In this document: in pieces, positions 1 through 14,306 of the stretch
Layout: every line of letters begins with the position of its first letter
Position numbering within the stretch: the stretch's first letter is position 1
Source: Spironucleus salmonicida
Lineage: Eukaryota
DNA length: 64,000 nt
Direction of reading: 5' to 3'
Assembly (NCBI RefSeq): GCF_000497125.1
Contig: NC_090601.1
Span: 1,178,001-1,242,000 of the forward strand
Position numbers and translations under genes: made by a program
The notes under the pieces: generated by a model
What the model was told of the DNA's origin: nothing
Database searches by the model: none
The model's input: the letters and a program-made list of their open reading frames with translations, nothing else

Positions 1-3000
1 TAATAATACTAGATAATAAATCAATAAACGTTTCAGATTCCAATTGGTAATAAAATAAGAACTAGCCTTATAAAAATTTAAAAAATAATGGAGTACAACT
101 TTACTCAGATATATCGTTAAGCGGCGTATTACTAAATATATTATTTAAGATTGTTAAAACAAGAGTACATAGTAAAACAGAATTAAATTATTATTTTTAT
201 TTAATTTCTTATTAGAAAAACCTTAAAGTTCTTTACTATTTCATATTTAATAACTGATTAATAGCTTAAATAAACTAAATTGATTTTTACTCAGATAAAC
301 ATATTAAAATTCCCATCATAAAAGAAATAAAATTATTTTATGTACATAATTTGTCAACAATTTATAGATTAAAATCATATAAAGTCACAAAAATAATTAT
401 ATTAAATATCTTTTGCAGCATGTCTATTAAATTTATCGATTCATATGATAATATGAATTATATAAATGCATAAAGGCAATCTTATGTAGTAACAGTTGCT
501 TGAATAACAGTACTAATTTTTTACTGGTAAAATTATATATTACTCCTTTGTTACTGCATTTAAAATGAAATTTATTGAAAAATATATTCAATGATAGATA
601 ATTTGTTATCATAATCAATTTCAGAAATAAGAACGTTAGATAGTATTGATTCATCATAAATAAATAACTCCAAAATATCCTTTGACGTCAATATATGCAA
701 TTTTGTATTAATCAAATAACCAATATTGTTGGATAATGGTTAAGAGAAATTCTATATTTTTAACAATAATTATTCAAATAGTTACAATAGTTCTTTGTCA
801 TTAACTACGGAAGAAAAACTGTTTATAAAATCCTCATTAGAATCAGGATCATTTAATAGATTGATTATTAGGTTAACGTGATTAAATTACTCATGGGTTA
901 CAATTGAATATTATGATATATACAAGATAATTTACAACACATGAGTTTTTACTAAGTTAATATTATTAGTTTAATAAAATTCGGATAGTTTTATACAGAA
1001 TTAATTGTTAATAGTTGTATCTGTGATAATATATTGATTTTAGTTGATAAGTAACGAAATTACTAGAATTGTATCTGAATTTATTGAAAGTAACTATAAA
1101 ACTTCAAACATAACAAAAATATTTAGTAGTTAGATGTTGTCAGATTGTGATTATATAGATAATAATTCGATGTCTTGTAAATTTATCGTAGCTTTTTAGC
1201 TATCGAATAAATCAAAAATAAATATCTAACCTATTGATATTAAAATTTATTATAACTATTAGATATATATCAGAGATTAGTTGCTTTTAAGTTTACTAAA
1301 TAGTTAATTAATATAAAATCCTTAGTTATTATATATATCATTTGATAAATACTCTATTAAAAAACTATAAGTTTACTACAGTTATAATTATGTATGTATA
1401 ATAATAATTACAATAGAAGTAAGTTTTTAATCTTATGATTCTAATAAACGAATTAGCAAATTTATCCATTATTAAATATCTAAAAATTACTTAATAATTT
1501 CTATATCAATAATGCTGGTTAACTAAAAGAAATGAGATAATAAATCATCTCTATTCAAAAAAATTAGATTATAAATTTGTTAATAATATTATTCAATACA
1601 TTTTAAGTTAGTAATATCAATTTATAGATTTGATAAGTAAGATTCTATTTTTTGTAAATAATTAGTATAATCATTCAACTAAAGCTTTATCAATATATAT
1701 AATAACTGCAAATCCTAAACACCAAATTCTTATTTCTCAAAAATTAGCGTAACTAATTTGACTAATAATAGATTTTCTGAGTTTTCTATAAAAATATCTT
1801 TTAATACATCCAAAAGTGATGATGTAATAATTATTTTGTGATTTTATTCATTATCTAATAGATTTATAACTAATTTTAATAAAAAATATAGGATTTCATT
1901 ATAAATTTGATATGTTTCTTCACATAGACTGAGCTGAATAAAAATTTAACATATATAACTACCCAATTTGTTACTTATAACATGTTTACTTAGTTATTTA
2001 ATTTATAAAGATTAAATAATATTACTAATATCCTATTCAAAAATAACATCAGAATTTTAATATTAACTATTAAAAAATAAACTTATTAATTATAAACTTA
2101 ATATCAGTAATGTTTCTTATAAATCTTATGATACCTAGTAATTAAACTTTATATTATTAATAAATGAATGAATATTGAAAACAATTTAATAAATATCTTT
2201 TAAAACTATATGCAAGAAATGCCTTTATATTTAGGGCTCTTACATAAAATAATTCAAAATTTTAAATAGATGAGAAATAACTTATCCTTATTAGAAAAAC
2301 TATTATATAATTTGTTCCTATTAGTCATCTTGCTAAATTACTGTGTTGAAAAGACATAGCAAGTTACGCAGAAACTAAAAGTTGTTTGATTGCACTATAG
2401 TTTAGTCGAAAGTATTTTATTTTAATGATTTCTAAATATTATAAAATTCATATTCAATTTCTAAAATAAGAGATCTAAAAAAATAAGGCTCTATAATAAT
2501 TACATAATTAATAATATTTTGCATATAATATATATTCTAGAAGATTAATGCCCTTAGTAAACTTTATTATGGAATATCTAGCAAGGATGGATTAGTTTAA
2601 TCAAACTAATATATAAAGCTCTTTTCAGAATCAACTAAAAAATGCATATTTTTATTTAATGTACAAATAAAGCTTGAAATTTCTGACTTATTATCAGCAA
2701 AATCTTAATTACCTTCCATTTTTATTATAAATTGCAGCAAAAATAGTAAATAATTATAACAAACATCTTTATTAATGATAACTTAACATGTAATTGTATC
2801 ATAATAGATTATTCTATCTAAAATTTTTAAAAGTAATTAGATATTTTATTATTCAATGAACACTTAGACAAGTACTTATGGTTAGCTACTAAAAATAAAG
2901 TATAAAAATTTTATAATTCTTAGAAGTAAAACATTATTTAATGAGTTGTCAATAATTCTAAGTAATTTGATAACAATTAGTGAAAGCGTACTAGTTTAAA

Positions 3001-3478
3001 TTTTATTCTTTTAATACAATTAATATACTTAAGACACCAGTGAATAACAATTAGCATCATTAGCATTTTTATCTAATTATAATAAATCCTATATTACAGA
3101 ATAAGTAAAATCATTTTTTAATAATGTTTACGGTTGTTAGGATAAATTTGTAAGCAAGATAGTTGATTGCAATAGTTAGTCGTTTTCAATGTCTTTATCA
3201 GCTACCTATCTCTGTTTTAGCAAGGTGGTAAACTCTTATGCCTTGTTAGAATCTTTAAATTGAATTATTATATCGTGAAAGTAAACTAAATCTAATTTTG
3301 TACTTACGTAAAATTAAATAACTAATTAATAGACAAAAATTACAATATCATTATGCTTTACAAATAGCATAATTTTATCTTTTGCTGTATAGGTTGACAG
3401 TTGTCCTTGAATATTAGATAAAATAAATTGATTATTCTGAATAGTTAGAATCCTTACTTCACTGGTAAAATTATTCAT
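1..3478 (-). CDS. Large hypothetical protein (>1150 aa, runs off window start); helical/ARM-like composition
   Basis: Table-6 frame from ATG 3478 (MNNFTSEVRILTIQNNQF...) with no TGA in the stretches read, including 1-480; Leu/Ile-rich amphipathic segments; no family recognised. Confidence 0.75.
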
Positions 3479-3793
3479 TAAAATCTAGTTATTTGGTTAT
3501 AAATATTATATGCTGTACTAAATATAATATTAAAATATATTAAACAATAATAATTCTCTCAAATAATAGGTTAGTTTTTACTTGAAAATAATAGAGAGGC
3601 GGTAACATATTATATTTAATATTAATAATTAATATTTTTATATATATTTATCTGCCAAAAATTCATTGGAAAAACTATACATTTTATAATATTCCAAGAA
3701 TCTTCTAATATAACATTTTACTGTAAAAGAATTATCATTTAACTTATCATTAACTTATTCATATTAGTTATATTTATTAGATTATTTATAGAA

Positions 3794-5350
3794 ATGGAAT
3801 ATGTGTACTCAAAGACAATGCAACGAATTCCATTAGATTAAATAAATGATATTGAAAGAGTCTTACAAATACTACGTAGATATAAATTTACATACGGGGT
3901 TCTTAATTTTAACTACAGTACTGATTCTGAAAATTTAATTATAGAAAATGATTAGTATGATGAAGATTTATAACTATTTAAATAATAATACCGACTTATT
4001 ACTGTTTATGAAGCTGAATAATTTATTACTAAATGTATTATGGCGGCAAGATATGTTGCATTAAGTGATATCTTCTTAGGCGGTTATTGTTTAGATGATT
4101 TCTGTCTTATATATAAGGGTTTAGATTATGAGGTTAAAATTAAGGTTAAAGCGGACAAAATTGTTAATTTTATTAACAATTCGATTTAATTTGAGTATTT
4201 AGATGCACCTGAGTTAAAAATTGGTATAATAACAGAGAAGGCTGATTTCTGGAGTTTTGGAAAGTGTTTTATGGAGCTTGTAAAAATAAATAGTAATTAG
4301 CTTTTAAATAAATAATAGACATTAGAAGATTTGCTAGAATGTCTTGATATATAAGATTTGCGTTTACTATAATTATTAAAATCTATGATTGATATTGATT
4401 ACAAAAAACGACTAACATATAGTTAGTTTAAAAGACTATATATAGATGGATTAGTTTAAATTACATCAATTAATTCAAAGTACATTGGTTAAACATAAAT
4501 ATGTCCATCTTTTGACGCATTATTAAAATAAAGAAAATTAACGACTATTAAATAACTTGGAGAAGGATCATTTGGTACCGTGGATCTAGTTGAAAACGAA
4601 CTAGGTGAATAATTTGCAGCTAAGTTTATTAAGGTTTAAAACTAAAGATAAATGAATAAGGCCTCATCAGAAATGATAGCAATGTTTAAAAATTTGTAAT
4701 CAGAATACGTTATTAATATTTTATATGCTCATAAAGTTTTTATAAAATTTGATTGTTATGTTTTAGTGTAATAAGAATACGCTTCTAATGGCGATATGCG
4801 AAATTTTATGTTTAAATATAGTAATTAGTTAACAAATAAACATAAGTTGAAATTTTTTTATGATATTTCCTGCGCATTAGTTGCAATCAAAAAATAGGAA
4901 ATTATTCATAGAGACTTAAAGCCAGACAACATTTTAATTTCTGAAAACTTTACTGCAAAATTATCCGATTTTGGCTGTAATTAATTGACAATCAATACAT
5001 AAAGTTAAAGTTCTTTTTAAGGTACGCTTGGTTATATAGCCCCAGAGGTTATAACAAGTGGTAATATATCATTTTAAGTTGATGTTTGGAGTTTTGGTAT
5101 AATGCTTCGTGAATATTGCAAGGATTCTCCTTTAATTAAAGATTGTCTTTAAGAAAATCCTTAAAATAGGATTTCTATTGAGTAGATTTAGCTAGAACTA
5201 TCTATTTATAAGAATGCAAAATTTAACATAGAATTATGTGATGATAGTGACAGCATGGTTTCATTTGCTGATGACTTCTCTTTCACGAATATACTTGAAG
5301 ATAAGTTTAGTTTCAATGATTATAGTTTAAATTTAGAAGCTTCTCAGTGA
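3794..5350 (+). CDS. Ser/Thr protein kinase (NEK/CAMK-like) preceded by a degenerate N-terminal pseudokinase domain, 518 aa
   Basis: C-terminal domain: LGEGSFGTV, FAAK, IIHRDLKPDNIL, SDFG, GTLGYIAPE, DVWSFG. N-terminal domain retains only APE and TEKADFWSFG. Ends CAG TGA. Confidence 0.92.
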
Positions 5351-6020
5351 TTTATATTTATTATGATTCAAATTTATACTTTGCAAATATTACATCGTAA
5401 AGTAATATTCACTTAATTTGTTAATATATCACACTAATATATATCAATAAAGCAAAATATCTTATTTAATTTGAAATCCGGACGTTAGAATGATAATACT
5501 TAAAGCAGATTTGCTCTTTGTTAAACTTTAATTTTAAATTGCAAGATGAAATTTATATGAAATTTTACTAAAGTTAAATATTAGGGACTTCATTTATTTT
5601 TAATTAAATAAGAAGTTACAGTAATAAATTATAAGATCATATTTCATTAGATATTACTCTTAAATTATGACTAATATTTATTAACAAAAATTGACTGATA
5701 GATTCCAGTAGGCAAAACTTAAGTACATAATTGGTGAAAACTAGTAAACTTGAAACTATTTCGCAAGAATACTTATATATTGTACTTATTTGAATCATTT
5801 TCATGTATATTTCCTTAAACTAATAATGATATGATTATTTTATATATATTATAATTTTAATAAAATGGTATAAGTCACACATGTTATAGTCTTGTTCTGA
5901 TATATTTTAACATGATGGTAGAAGAATGAACAAGAAAGGTAAATATTTATAAATCTATAAAATTTAGCCTTTAATTTATTCAAGTAAATTATATCTTAAT
6001 CGTAATATTGACAAAATACA

Positions 6021-9000
6021 TCACCATTTCTTCTACTTGATATAGTCTGATGGGCCAGGGGCATCTTAAAATATTATATCTTACCGCACAGCTATAGTCT
6101 ATTATTTATTTAAAAGAGTGGATTATCCAGCATATTCTCCAGGCGCGGGTGTCACTTCTTTTTATGCCTTTGGAAATCTTTCATGTATAAGGAGTTCACC
6201 TGATTTTTATCGTGAGATTTAATAATCTCCTGGACCAGCTGTAATTTTTAAAGGTTTGACCTCAGACTGGGAGAAGGGCTGAACCTTGGCGTCGAAAATG
6301 CCCTCTCTGCTCTGGTCATACGCGCCTGGGCCGGGCTTCCTATCCTGGTGTGGATCCGCGTGGCGGTCACCAATATATGCGCCAGCCGCTGTGGGCTGAG
6401 GACGGACGTTATAGGGGCCAGGAGTAGGCTCGATCGCGGCCTCTCGCTTGTCATAGATCGCACCGCCCTTAGAAGTGAGGGTGGAGCCGGCTGCTATCAT
6501 GGGGATGTCATTTACCTCGGGGCGGGCGTTATCCCGGTCGCTCTAAGGCATCATGCCGCCTTTAGCTTCCCAGACTGCGGGGGCCTGGTAGTCGGCTGGG
6601 CCGGGACCTTAGTTCACGGGTGCATCGCGTCTGACGGCAATGGTACTTGGGTTCACCTCGCGCTGTTTCGCCTCATAGGCACCTGGGCCTGGAGTGGCCT
6701 TCTTGGCAGGTGCTGCCATTTTGTTTCCAATATTTCCGCCTAGGACACTGCGTTCGAGATTGGGGTTGTAGTCACTGGGGCCGGCCGTCTATCTGGGTTG
6801 CTTGACCTCAGACTGGGAGAAGGGCTGAACCTTGGCGTCGAAAATGCCCTCTCTGCTCTGGTCATACGCGCCTGGGCCGGGCTTCCTATCCTGGTGTGGA
6901 TCCGCGTGGCGGTCACCAATATATGCGCCAGCCGCTGTGGGCTGAGGACGGACGTTATAGGGGCCAGGAGTAGGCTCGATCGCGGCCTCTCGCTTGTCAT
7001 AGATCGCACCGCCCTTAGAAGTGAGGGTGGAGCCGGCTGCTATCATGGGGATGTCATTTACCTCGGGGCGGGCGTTATCCCGGTCGCTCTAAGGCATCAT
7101 GCCGCCTTTAGCTTCCCAGACTGCGGGGGCCTGGTAGTCGGCTGGGCCGGGACCTTAGTTCACGGGTGCATCGCGTCTGACGGCAATGGTACTTGGGTTC
7201 ACCTCGCGCTGTTTCGCCTCATAGGCACCTGGGCCTGGAGTGGCCTTCTTGGCAGGTGCTGCCATTTTGTTTCCAATATTTCCGCCTAGGACACTGCGTT
7301 CGAGATTAGGGTTGTAGTCACTGGGGCCGGCCGTCTATCTGGGTTGCTTGACCTCAGACTGGGAGAAGGGCTGAACCTTGGCGTCGAAAATGCCCTCTCT
7401 GCTCTGGTCATACGCGCCTGGGCCGGGCTTCCTATCCTGGTGTGGATCCGCGTGGCGGTCACCAATATATGCGCCAGCCGCTGTGGGCTGAGGACGGACG
7501 TTATAGGGGCCAGGAGTAGGCTCAATCGCGGCCTCTCGCTTGTCATAGATCGCACCGCCCTTAGAAGTGAGGGTGGAGCCGGCTGCTATCATGGGGATGT
7601 CATTTACCTCGGGGCGGGCGTTATCCCGGTCGCTCTAAGGCATCATGCCGCCTTTAGCTTCCCAGACTGCGGGGGCCTGGTAGTCGGCTGGGCCGGGACC
7701 TTAGTTCACGGGTGCATCGCGTCTGACGGCAATGGTACTTGGGTTCACCTCGCGCTGTTTCGCCTCATAGGCACCTGGGCCTGGAGTGGCCTTCTTGGCA
7801 GGTGCTGCCATTTTGTTTCCAATATTTCCGCCTAGGACACTGCGTTCGAGATTAGGGTTGTAGTCACTGGGGCCGGCCGTCTATCTGGGTTGCTTGACCT
7901 CAGACTGGGAGAAGGGCTGAACCTTGGCGTCGAAAATGCCCTCTCTGCTCTGGTCATACGCGCCTGGGCCGGGCTTCCTATCCTGGTGTGGATCCGCGTG
8001 GCGGTCACCAATATATGCGCCAGCCGCTGTGGGCTGAGGACGGACGTTATAGGGGCCAGGAGTAGGCTCAATCGCGGCCTCTCGCTTGTCATAGATCGCA
8101 CCGCCCTTAGAAGTGAGGGTGGAGCCGGCTGCTATCATGGGGATGTCATTTACCTCGGGGCGGGCGTTATCCCGGTCGCTCTAAGGCATCATGCCGCCTT
8201 TAGCTTCCCAGACTGCGGGGGCCTGGTAGTCGGCTGGGCCGGGACCTTAGTTCACGGGTGCATCGCGTCTGACGGCAATGGTACTTGGGTTCACCTCGCG
8301 CTGTTTCGCCTCATAGGCACCTGGGCCTGGAGTGGCCTTCTTGGCAGGTGCTGCCATTTTGTTTCCAATATTTCCGCCTAGGACACTGCGTTCGAGATTG
8401 GGGTTGTAGTCACTGGGGCCGGCCGTCTATCTGGGTTGCTTGACCTCAGACTGGGAGAAGGGCTGAACCTTGGCGTCGAAAATGCCCTCTCTGCTCTGGT
8501 CATACGCGCCTGGGCCGGGCTTCCTATCCTGGTGTGGATCCGCGTGGCGGTCACCAATATATGCGCCAGCCGCTGTGGGCTGAGGACGGACGTTATAGGG
8601 GCCAGGAGTAGGCTCGATCGCGGCCTCTCGCTTGTCATAGATCGCACCGCCCTTAGAAGTGAGGGTGGAGCCGGCTGCTATCATGGGGATGTCATTTACC
8701 TCGGGGCGGGCGTTATCCCGGTCGCTCTAAGGCATCATGCCGCCTTTAGCTTCCCAGACTGCGGGGGCCTGGTAGTCGGCTGGGCCGGGACCTTAGTTCA
8801 CGGGTGCATCGCGTCTGACGGCAATGGTACTTGGGTTCACCTCGCGCTGTTTCGCCTCATAGGCACCTGGGCCTGGAGTGGCCTTCTTGGCAGGTGCTGC
8901 CATTTTGTTTCCAATATTTCCGCCTAGGACACTGCGTTCGAGATTGGGGTTGTAGTCACTGGGGCCGGCCGTCTATCTGGGTTGCTTGACCTCAGACTGG

Positions 9001-12000
9001 GAGAAGGGCTGAACCTTGGCGTCGAAAATGCCCTCTCTGCTCTGGTCATACGCGCCTGGGCCGGGCTTCCTATCCTGGTGTGGATCCGCGTGGCGGTCAC
9101 CAATATATGCGCCAGCCGCTGTGGGCTGAGGACGGACGTTATAGGGGCCAGGAGTAGGCTCGATCGCGGCCTCTCGCTTGTCATAGATCGCACCGCCCTT
9201 AGAAGTGAGGGTGGAGCCGGCTGCTATCATGGGGATGTCATTTACCTCGGGGCGGGCGTTATCCCGGTCGCTCTAAGGCATCATGCCGCCTTTAGCTTCC
9301 CAGACTGCGGGGGCCTGGTAGTCGGCTGGGCCGGGACCTTAGTTCACGGGTGCATCGCGTCTGACGGCAATGGTACTTGGGTTCACCTCGCGCTGTTTCG
9401 CCTCATAGGCACCTGGGCCTGGAGTGGCCTTCTTGGCAGGTGCTGCCATTTTGTTTCCAATATTTCCGCCTAGGACACTGCGTTCGAGATTGGGGTTGTA
9501 GTCACTGGGGCCGGCCGTCTATCTGGGTTGCTTGACCTCAGACTGGGAGAAGGGCTGAACCTTGGCGTCGAAAATGCCCTCTCTGCTCTGGTCATACGCG
9601 CCTGGGCCGGGCTTCCTATCCTGGTGTGGATCCGCGTGGCGGTCACCAATATATGCGCCAGCCGCTGTGGGCTGAGGACGGACGTTATAGGGGCCAGGAG
9701 TAGGCTCGATCGCGGCCTCTCGCTTGTCATAGATCGCACCGCCCTTAGAAGTGAGGGTGGAGCCGGCTGCTATCATGGGGATGTCATTTACCTCGGGGCG
9801 GGCGTTATCCCGGTCGCTCTAAGGCATCATGCCGCCTTTAGCTTCCCAGACTGCGGGGGCCTGGTAGTCGGCTGGGCCGGGACCTTAGTTCACGGGTGCA
9901 TCGCGTCTGACGGCAATGGTACTTGGGTTCACCTCGCGCTGTTTCGCCTCATAGGCACCTGGGCCTGGAGTGGCCTTCTTGGCAGGTGCTGCCATTTTGT
10001 TTCCAATATTTCCGCCTAGGACACTGCGTTCGAGATTGGGGTTGTAGTCACTGGGGCCGGCCGTCTATCTGGGTTGCTTGACCTCAGACTGGGAGAAGGG
10101 CTGAACCTTGGCGTCGAAAATGCCCTCTCTGCTCTGGTCATACGCGCCTGGGCCGGGCTTCCTATCCTGGTGTGGATCCGCGTGGCGGTCACCAATATAT
10201 GCGCCAGCCGCTGTGGGCTGAGGACGGACGTTATAGGGGCCAGGAGTAGGCTCGATCGCGGCCTCTCGCTTGTCATAGATCGCACCGCCCTTAGAAGTGA
10301 GGGTGGAGCCGGCTGCTATCATGGGGATGTCATTTACCTCGGGGCGGGCGTTATCCCGGTCGCTCTAAGGCATCATGCCGCCTTTAGCTTCCCAGACTGC
10401 GGGGGCCTGGTAGTCGGCTGGGCCGGGACCTTAGTTCACGGGTGCATCGCGTCTGACGGCAATGGTACTTGGGTTCACCTCGCGCTGTTTCGCCTCATAG
10501 GCACCTGGGCCTGGAGTGGCCTTCTTGGCAGGTGCTGCCATTTTGTTTCCAATATTTCCGCCTAGGACACTGCGTTCGAGATTGGGGTTGTAGTCACTGG
10601 GGCCGGCCGTCTATCTGGGTTGCTTGACCTCAGACTGGGAGAAGGGCTGAACCTTGGCGTCGAAAATGCCCTCTCTGCTCTGGTCATACGCGCCTGGGCC
10701 GGGCTTCCTATCCTGGTGTGGATCCGCGTGGCGGTCACCAATATATGCGCCAGCCGCTGTGGGCTGAGGACGGACGTTATAGGGGCCAGGAGTAGGCTCG
10801 ATCGCGGCCTCTCGCTTGTCATAGATCGCACCGCCCTTAGAAGTGAGGGTGGAGCCGGCTGCTATCATGGGGATGTCATTTACCTCGGGGCGGGCGTTAT
10901 CCCGGTCGCTCTAAGGCATCATGCCGCCTTTAGCTTCCCAGACTGCGGGGGCCTGGTAGTCGGCTGGGCCGGGACCTTAGTTCACGGGTGCATCGCGTCT
11001 GACGGCAATGGTACTTGGGTTCACCTCGCGCTGTTTCGCCTCATAGGCACCTGGGCCTGGAGTGGCCTTCTTGGCAGGTGCTGCCATTTTGTTTCCAATA
11101 TTTCCGCCTAGGACACTGCGTTCGAGATTGGGGTTGTAGTCACTGGGGCCGGCCGTCTATCTGGGTTGCTTGACCTCAGACTGGGAGAAGGGCTGAACCT
11201 TGGCGTCGAAAATGCCCTCTCTGCTCTGGTCATACGCGCCTGGGCCGGGCTTCCTATCCTGGTGTGGATCCGCGTGGCGGTCACCAATATATGCGCCAGC
11301 CGCTGTGGGCTGAGGACGGACGTTATAGGGGCCAGGAGTAGGCTCGATCGCGGCCTCTCGCTTGTCATAGATCGCACCGCCCTTAGAAGTGAGGGTGGAG
11401 CCGGCTGCTATCATGGGGATGTCATTTACCTCGGGGCGGGCGTTATCCCGGTCGCTCTAAGGCATCATGCCGCCTTTAGCTTCCCAGACTGCGGGGGCCT
11501 GGTAGTCGGCTGGGCCGGGACCTTAGTTCACGGGTGCATCGCGTCTGACGGCAATGGTACTTGGGTTCACCTCGCGCTGTTTCGCCTCATAGGCACCTGG
11601 GCCTGGAGTGGCCTTCTTGGCAGGTGCTGCCATTTTGTTTCCAATATTTCCGCCTAGGACACTGCGTTCGAGATTGGGGTTGTAGTCACTGGGGCCGGCC
11701 GTCTATCTGGGTTGCTTGACCTCAGACTGGGAGAAGGGCTGAACCTTGGCGTCGAAAATGCCCTCTCTGCTCTGGTCATACGCGCCTGGGCCGGGCTTCC
11801 TATCCTGGTGTGGATCCGCGTGGCGGTCACCAATATATGCGCCAGCCGCTGTGGGCTGAGGACGGACGTTATAGGGGCCAGGAGTAGGCTCGATCGCGGC
11901 CTCTCGCTTGTCATAGATCGCACCGCCCTTAGAAGTGAGGGTGGAGCCGGCTGCTATCATGGGGATGTCATTTACCTCGGGGCGGGCGTTATCCCGGTCG

Positions 12001-13727
12001 CTCTAAGGCATCATGCCGCCTTTAGCTTCCCAGACTGCGGGGGCCTGGTAGTCGGCTGGGCCGGGACCTTAGTTCACGGGTGCATCGCGTCTGACGGCAA
12101 TGGTACTTGGGTTCACCTCGCGCTGTTTCGCCTCATAGGCACCTGGGCCTGGAGTGGCCTTCTTGGCAGGTGCTGCCATTTTGTTTCCAATATTTCCGCC
12201 TAGGACACTGCGTTCGAGATTGGGGTTGTAGTCACTGGGGCCGGCCGTCTATCTGGGTTGCTTGACCTCAGACTGGGAGAAGGGCTGAACCTTGGCGTCG
12301 AAAATGCCCTCTCTGCTCTGGTCATACGCGCCTGGGCCGGGCTTCCTATCCTGGTGTGGATCCGCGTGGCGGTCACCAATATATGCGCCAGCCGCTGTGG
12401 GCTGAGGACGGACGTTATAGGGGCCAGGAGTAGGCTCGATCGCGGCCTCTCGCTTGTCATAGATCGCACCGCCCTTAGAAGTGAGGGTGGAGCCGGCTGC
12501 TATCATGGGGATGTCATTTACCTCGGGGCGGGCGTTATCCCGGTCGCTCTAAGGCATCATGCCGCCTTTAGCTTCCCAGACTGCGGGGGCCTGGTAGTCG
12601 GCTGGGCCGGGACCTTAGTTCACGGGTGCATCGCGTCTGACGGCAATGGTACTTGGGTTCACCTCGCGCTGTTTCGCCTCATAGGCACCTGGGCCTGGAG
12701 TGGCCTTCTTGGCAGGTGCTGCCATTTTGTTTCCAATATTTCCGCCTAGGACACTGCGTTCGAGATTGGGGTTGTAGTCACTGGGGCCGGCCGTCTATCT
12801 GGGTTGCTTGACCTCAGACTGGGAGAAGGGCTGAACCTTGGCGTCGAAAATGCCCTCTCTGCTCTGGTCATACGCGCCTGGGCCGGGCTTCCTATCCTGG
12901 TGTGGATCCGCGTGGCGGTCACCAATATATGCGCCAGCCGCTGTGGGCTGAGGACGGACGTTATAGGGGCCAGGAGTAGGCTCGATCGCGGCCTCTCGCT
13001 TGTCATAGATCGCACCGCCCTTAGAAGTGAGGGTGGAGCCGGCTGCTATCATGGGGATGTCATTTACCTCGGGGCGGGCGTTATCCCGGTCGCTCTAAGG
13101 CATCATGCCGCCTTTAGCTTCCCAGACTGCGGGGGCCTGGTAGTCGGCTGGGCCGGGACCTTAGTTCACGGGTGCATCGCGTCTGACGGCAATGGTACTT
13201 GGGTTCACCTCGCGCTGTTTCGCCTCATAGGCACCTGGGCCTGGAGTGGCCTTCTTGGCAGGTGCTGCCATTTTGTTTCCAATATTTCCGCCTAGGACAC
13301 TGCGTTCGAGATTGGGGTTGTAGTCACTGGGGCCGGCCGTCTATCTGGGTTGCTTGACCTCAGACTGGGAGAAGGGTAATGATCTAGATAAATTAAAAAT
13401 TTATCTTTTATTTTCATAAGTTCCAGGACCTGGTATTCTTTACTTGTGAAGTGTCTCATGCTTCTCACCTATGAATCCACCAACAGGTGTTTCTTTTTTC
13501 GGGAAAAAGTAAAACCCTGGTGTGATATTTTGTTAATCTGGTAGCTTAGGATGTATATTCCCATGGGTATTTCGAAAAGTTGATTTTCCAGTGACATAAT
13601 CTTTTGGACCAAGATGATCTACATTGGCTCTAAGTTGTTTACCTGCTGATGATGTCCTACTTTAAAGCTTCTACTCCTTTTTCTTTTATATTGCATTTAA
13701 TTAAATCTAAGCTCTAATATCTTCCAT
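6021..13727 (-). CDS. Sperm-tail PG-rich (STPG/SHIPPO-repeat, ODF3-like) axonemal protein, 2568 aa
   Basis: Single table-6 frame from ATG 13727 to TGA 6021; recurring PGPGAY/PGPADY/AGPSDY/PTPGPY motifs inside and outside the tandem array. Confidence 0.88.
6256..13376. repeat. Coding tandem array: 13 units of 546 bp (182 aa) plus 23 bp, GC-rich
   Basis: ORF-track starts recur every 546 bp (6500, 7046 ... 13052); the only differences seen are G>A at 7308/7854 and 7524/8070. Confidence 0.98.
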
Positions 13728-14306
13728 ATTTTATAAATAGAAATAAATTTTATTATAATTATGTATAATATATAGGCTATTTATTTAGTTTTTCTTCAAT
13801 AACAATATTATTATTATTATTATATTGTGATATTTATAATTTTTTCTTATTTTAGTTAATATTTATATTTCATATGAAATAATAGGAATTTATTTGCTTA
13901 GGTTAATTTTGTAGACAATATTTATTATTTTTAATATAGATATTAACAAGATAATATATTTTATTATTATATTTTAGACAATATATTTAATAAATTTTAC
14001 GATAATATCTATAAACTGATAAATATACTTATTTAAAATTATTTAATATTAAATCAGGGATGTTCTTAAAACTCAACGATTATGATATACCTTGAATATA
14101 ATTGAATCTAGGAAATAAAAAGTAAGAGTATTACTTAGATAGGTAATTGTTAATATGAATATGGTTTTAGAATAGTTAATAATAACCTTTAACAATTCGA
14201 TTCAATGAAATTGCTTATATAAATTTTATTAATAATATAAACTTTTAGTTCTAAATTCTATTTATTATATACAATATATAATAATATTATCCATTCCATA
14301 ATTTTA

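Noticed and set aside
3459-3608. 49-aa minus-strand ORF ending CAG TGA
   Set aside because: Overlaps the start of the long 3478 gene in another frame; low-complexity AT sequence
6348-13295. Repeated 163-aa (+), 89-aa (-) and 85-aa (-) ORFs from the track as separate genes
   Set aside because: Antisense or alternative-frame shadows, or fragments cut at TAG=Gln, of the single STPG gene
6256-13376. CRISPR array, rDNA or non-coding satellite
   Set aside because: No spacers or rRNA motifs; unit length is a multiple of 3 and lies in one ORF with flanking homologous PG repeats
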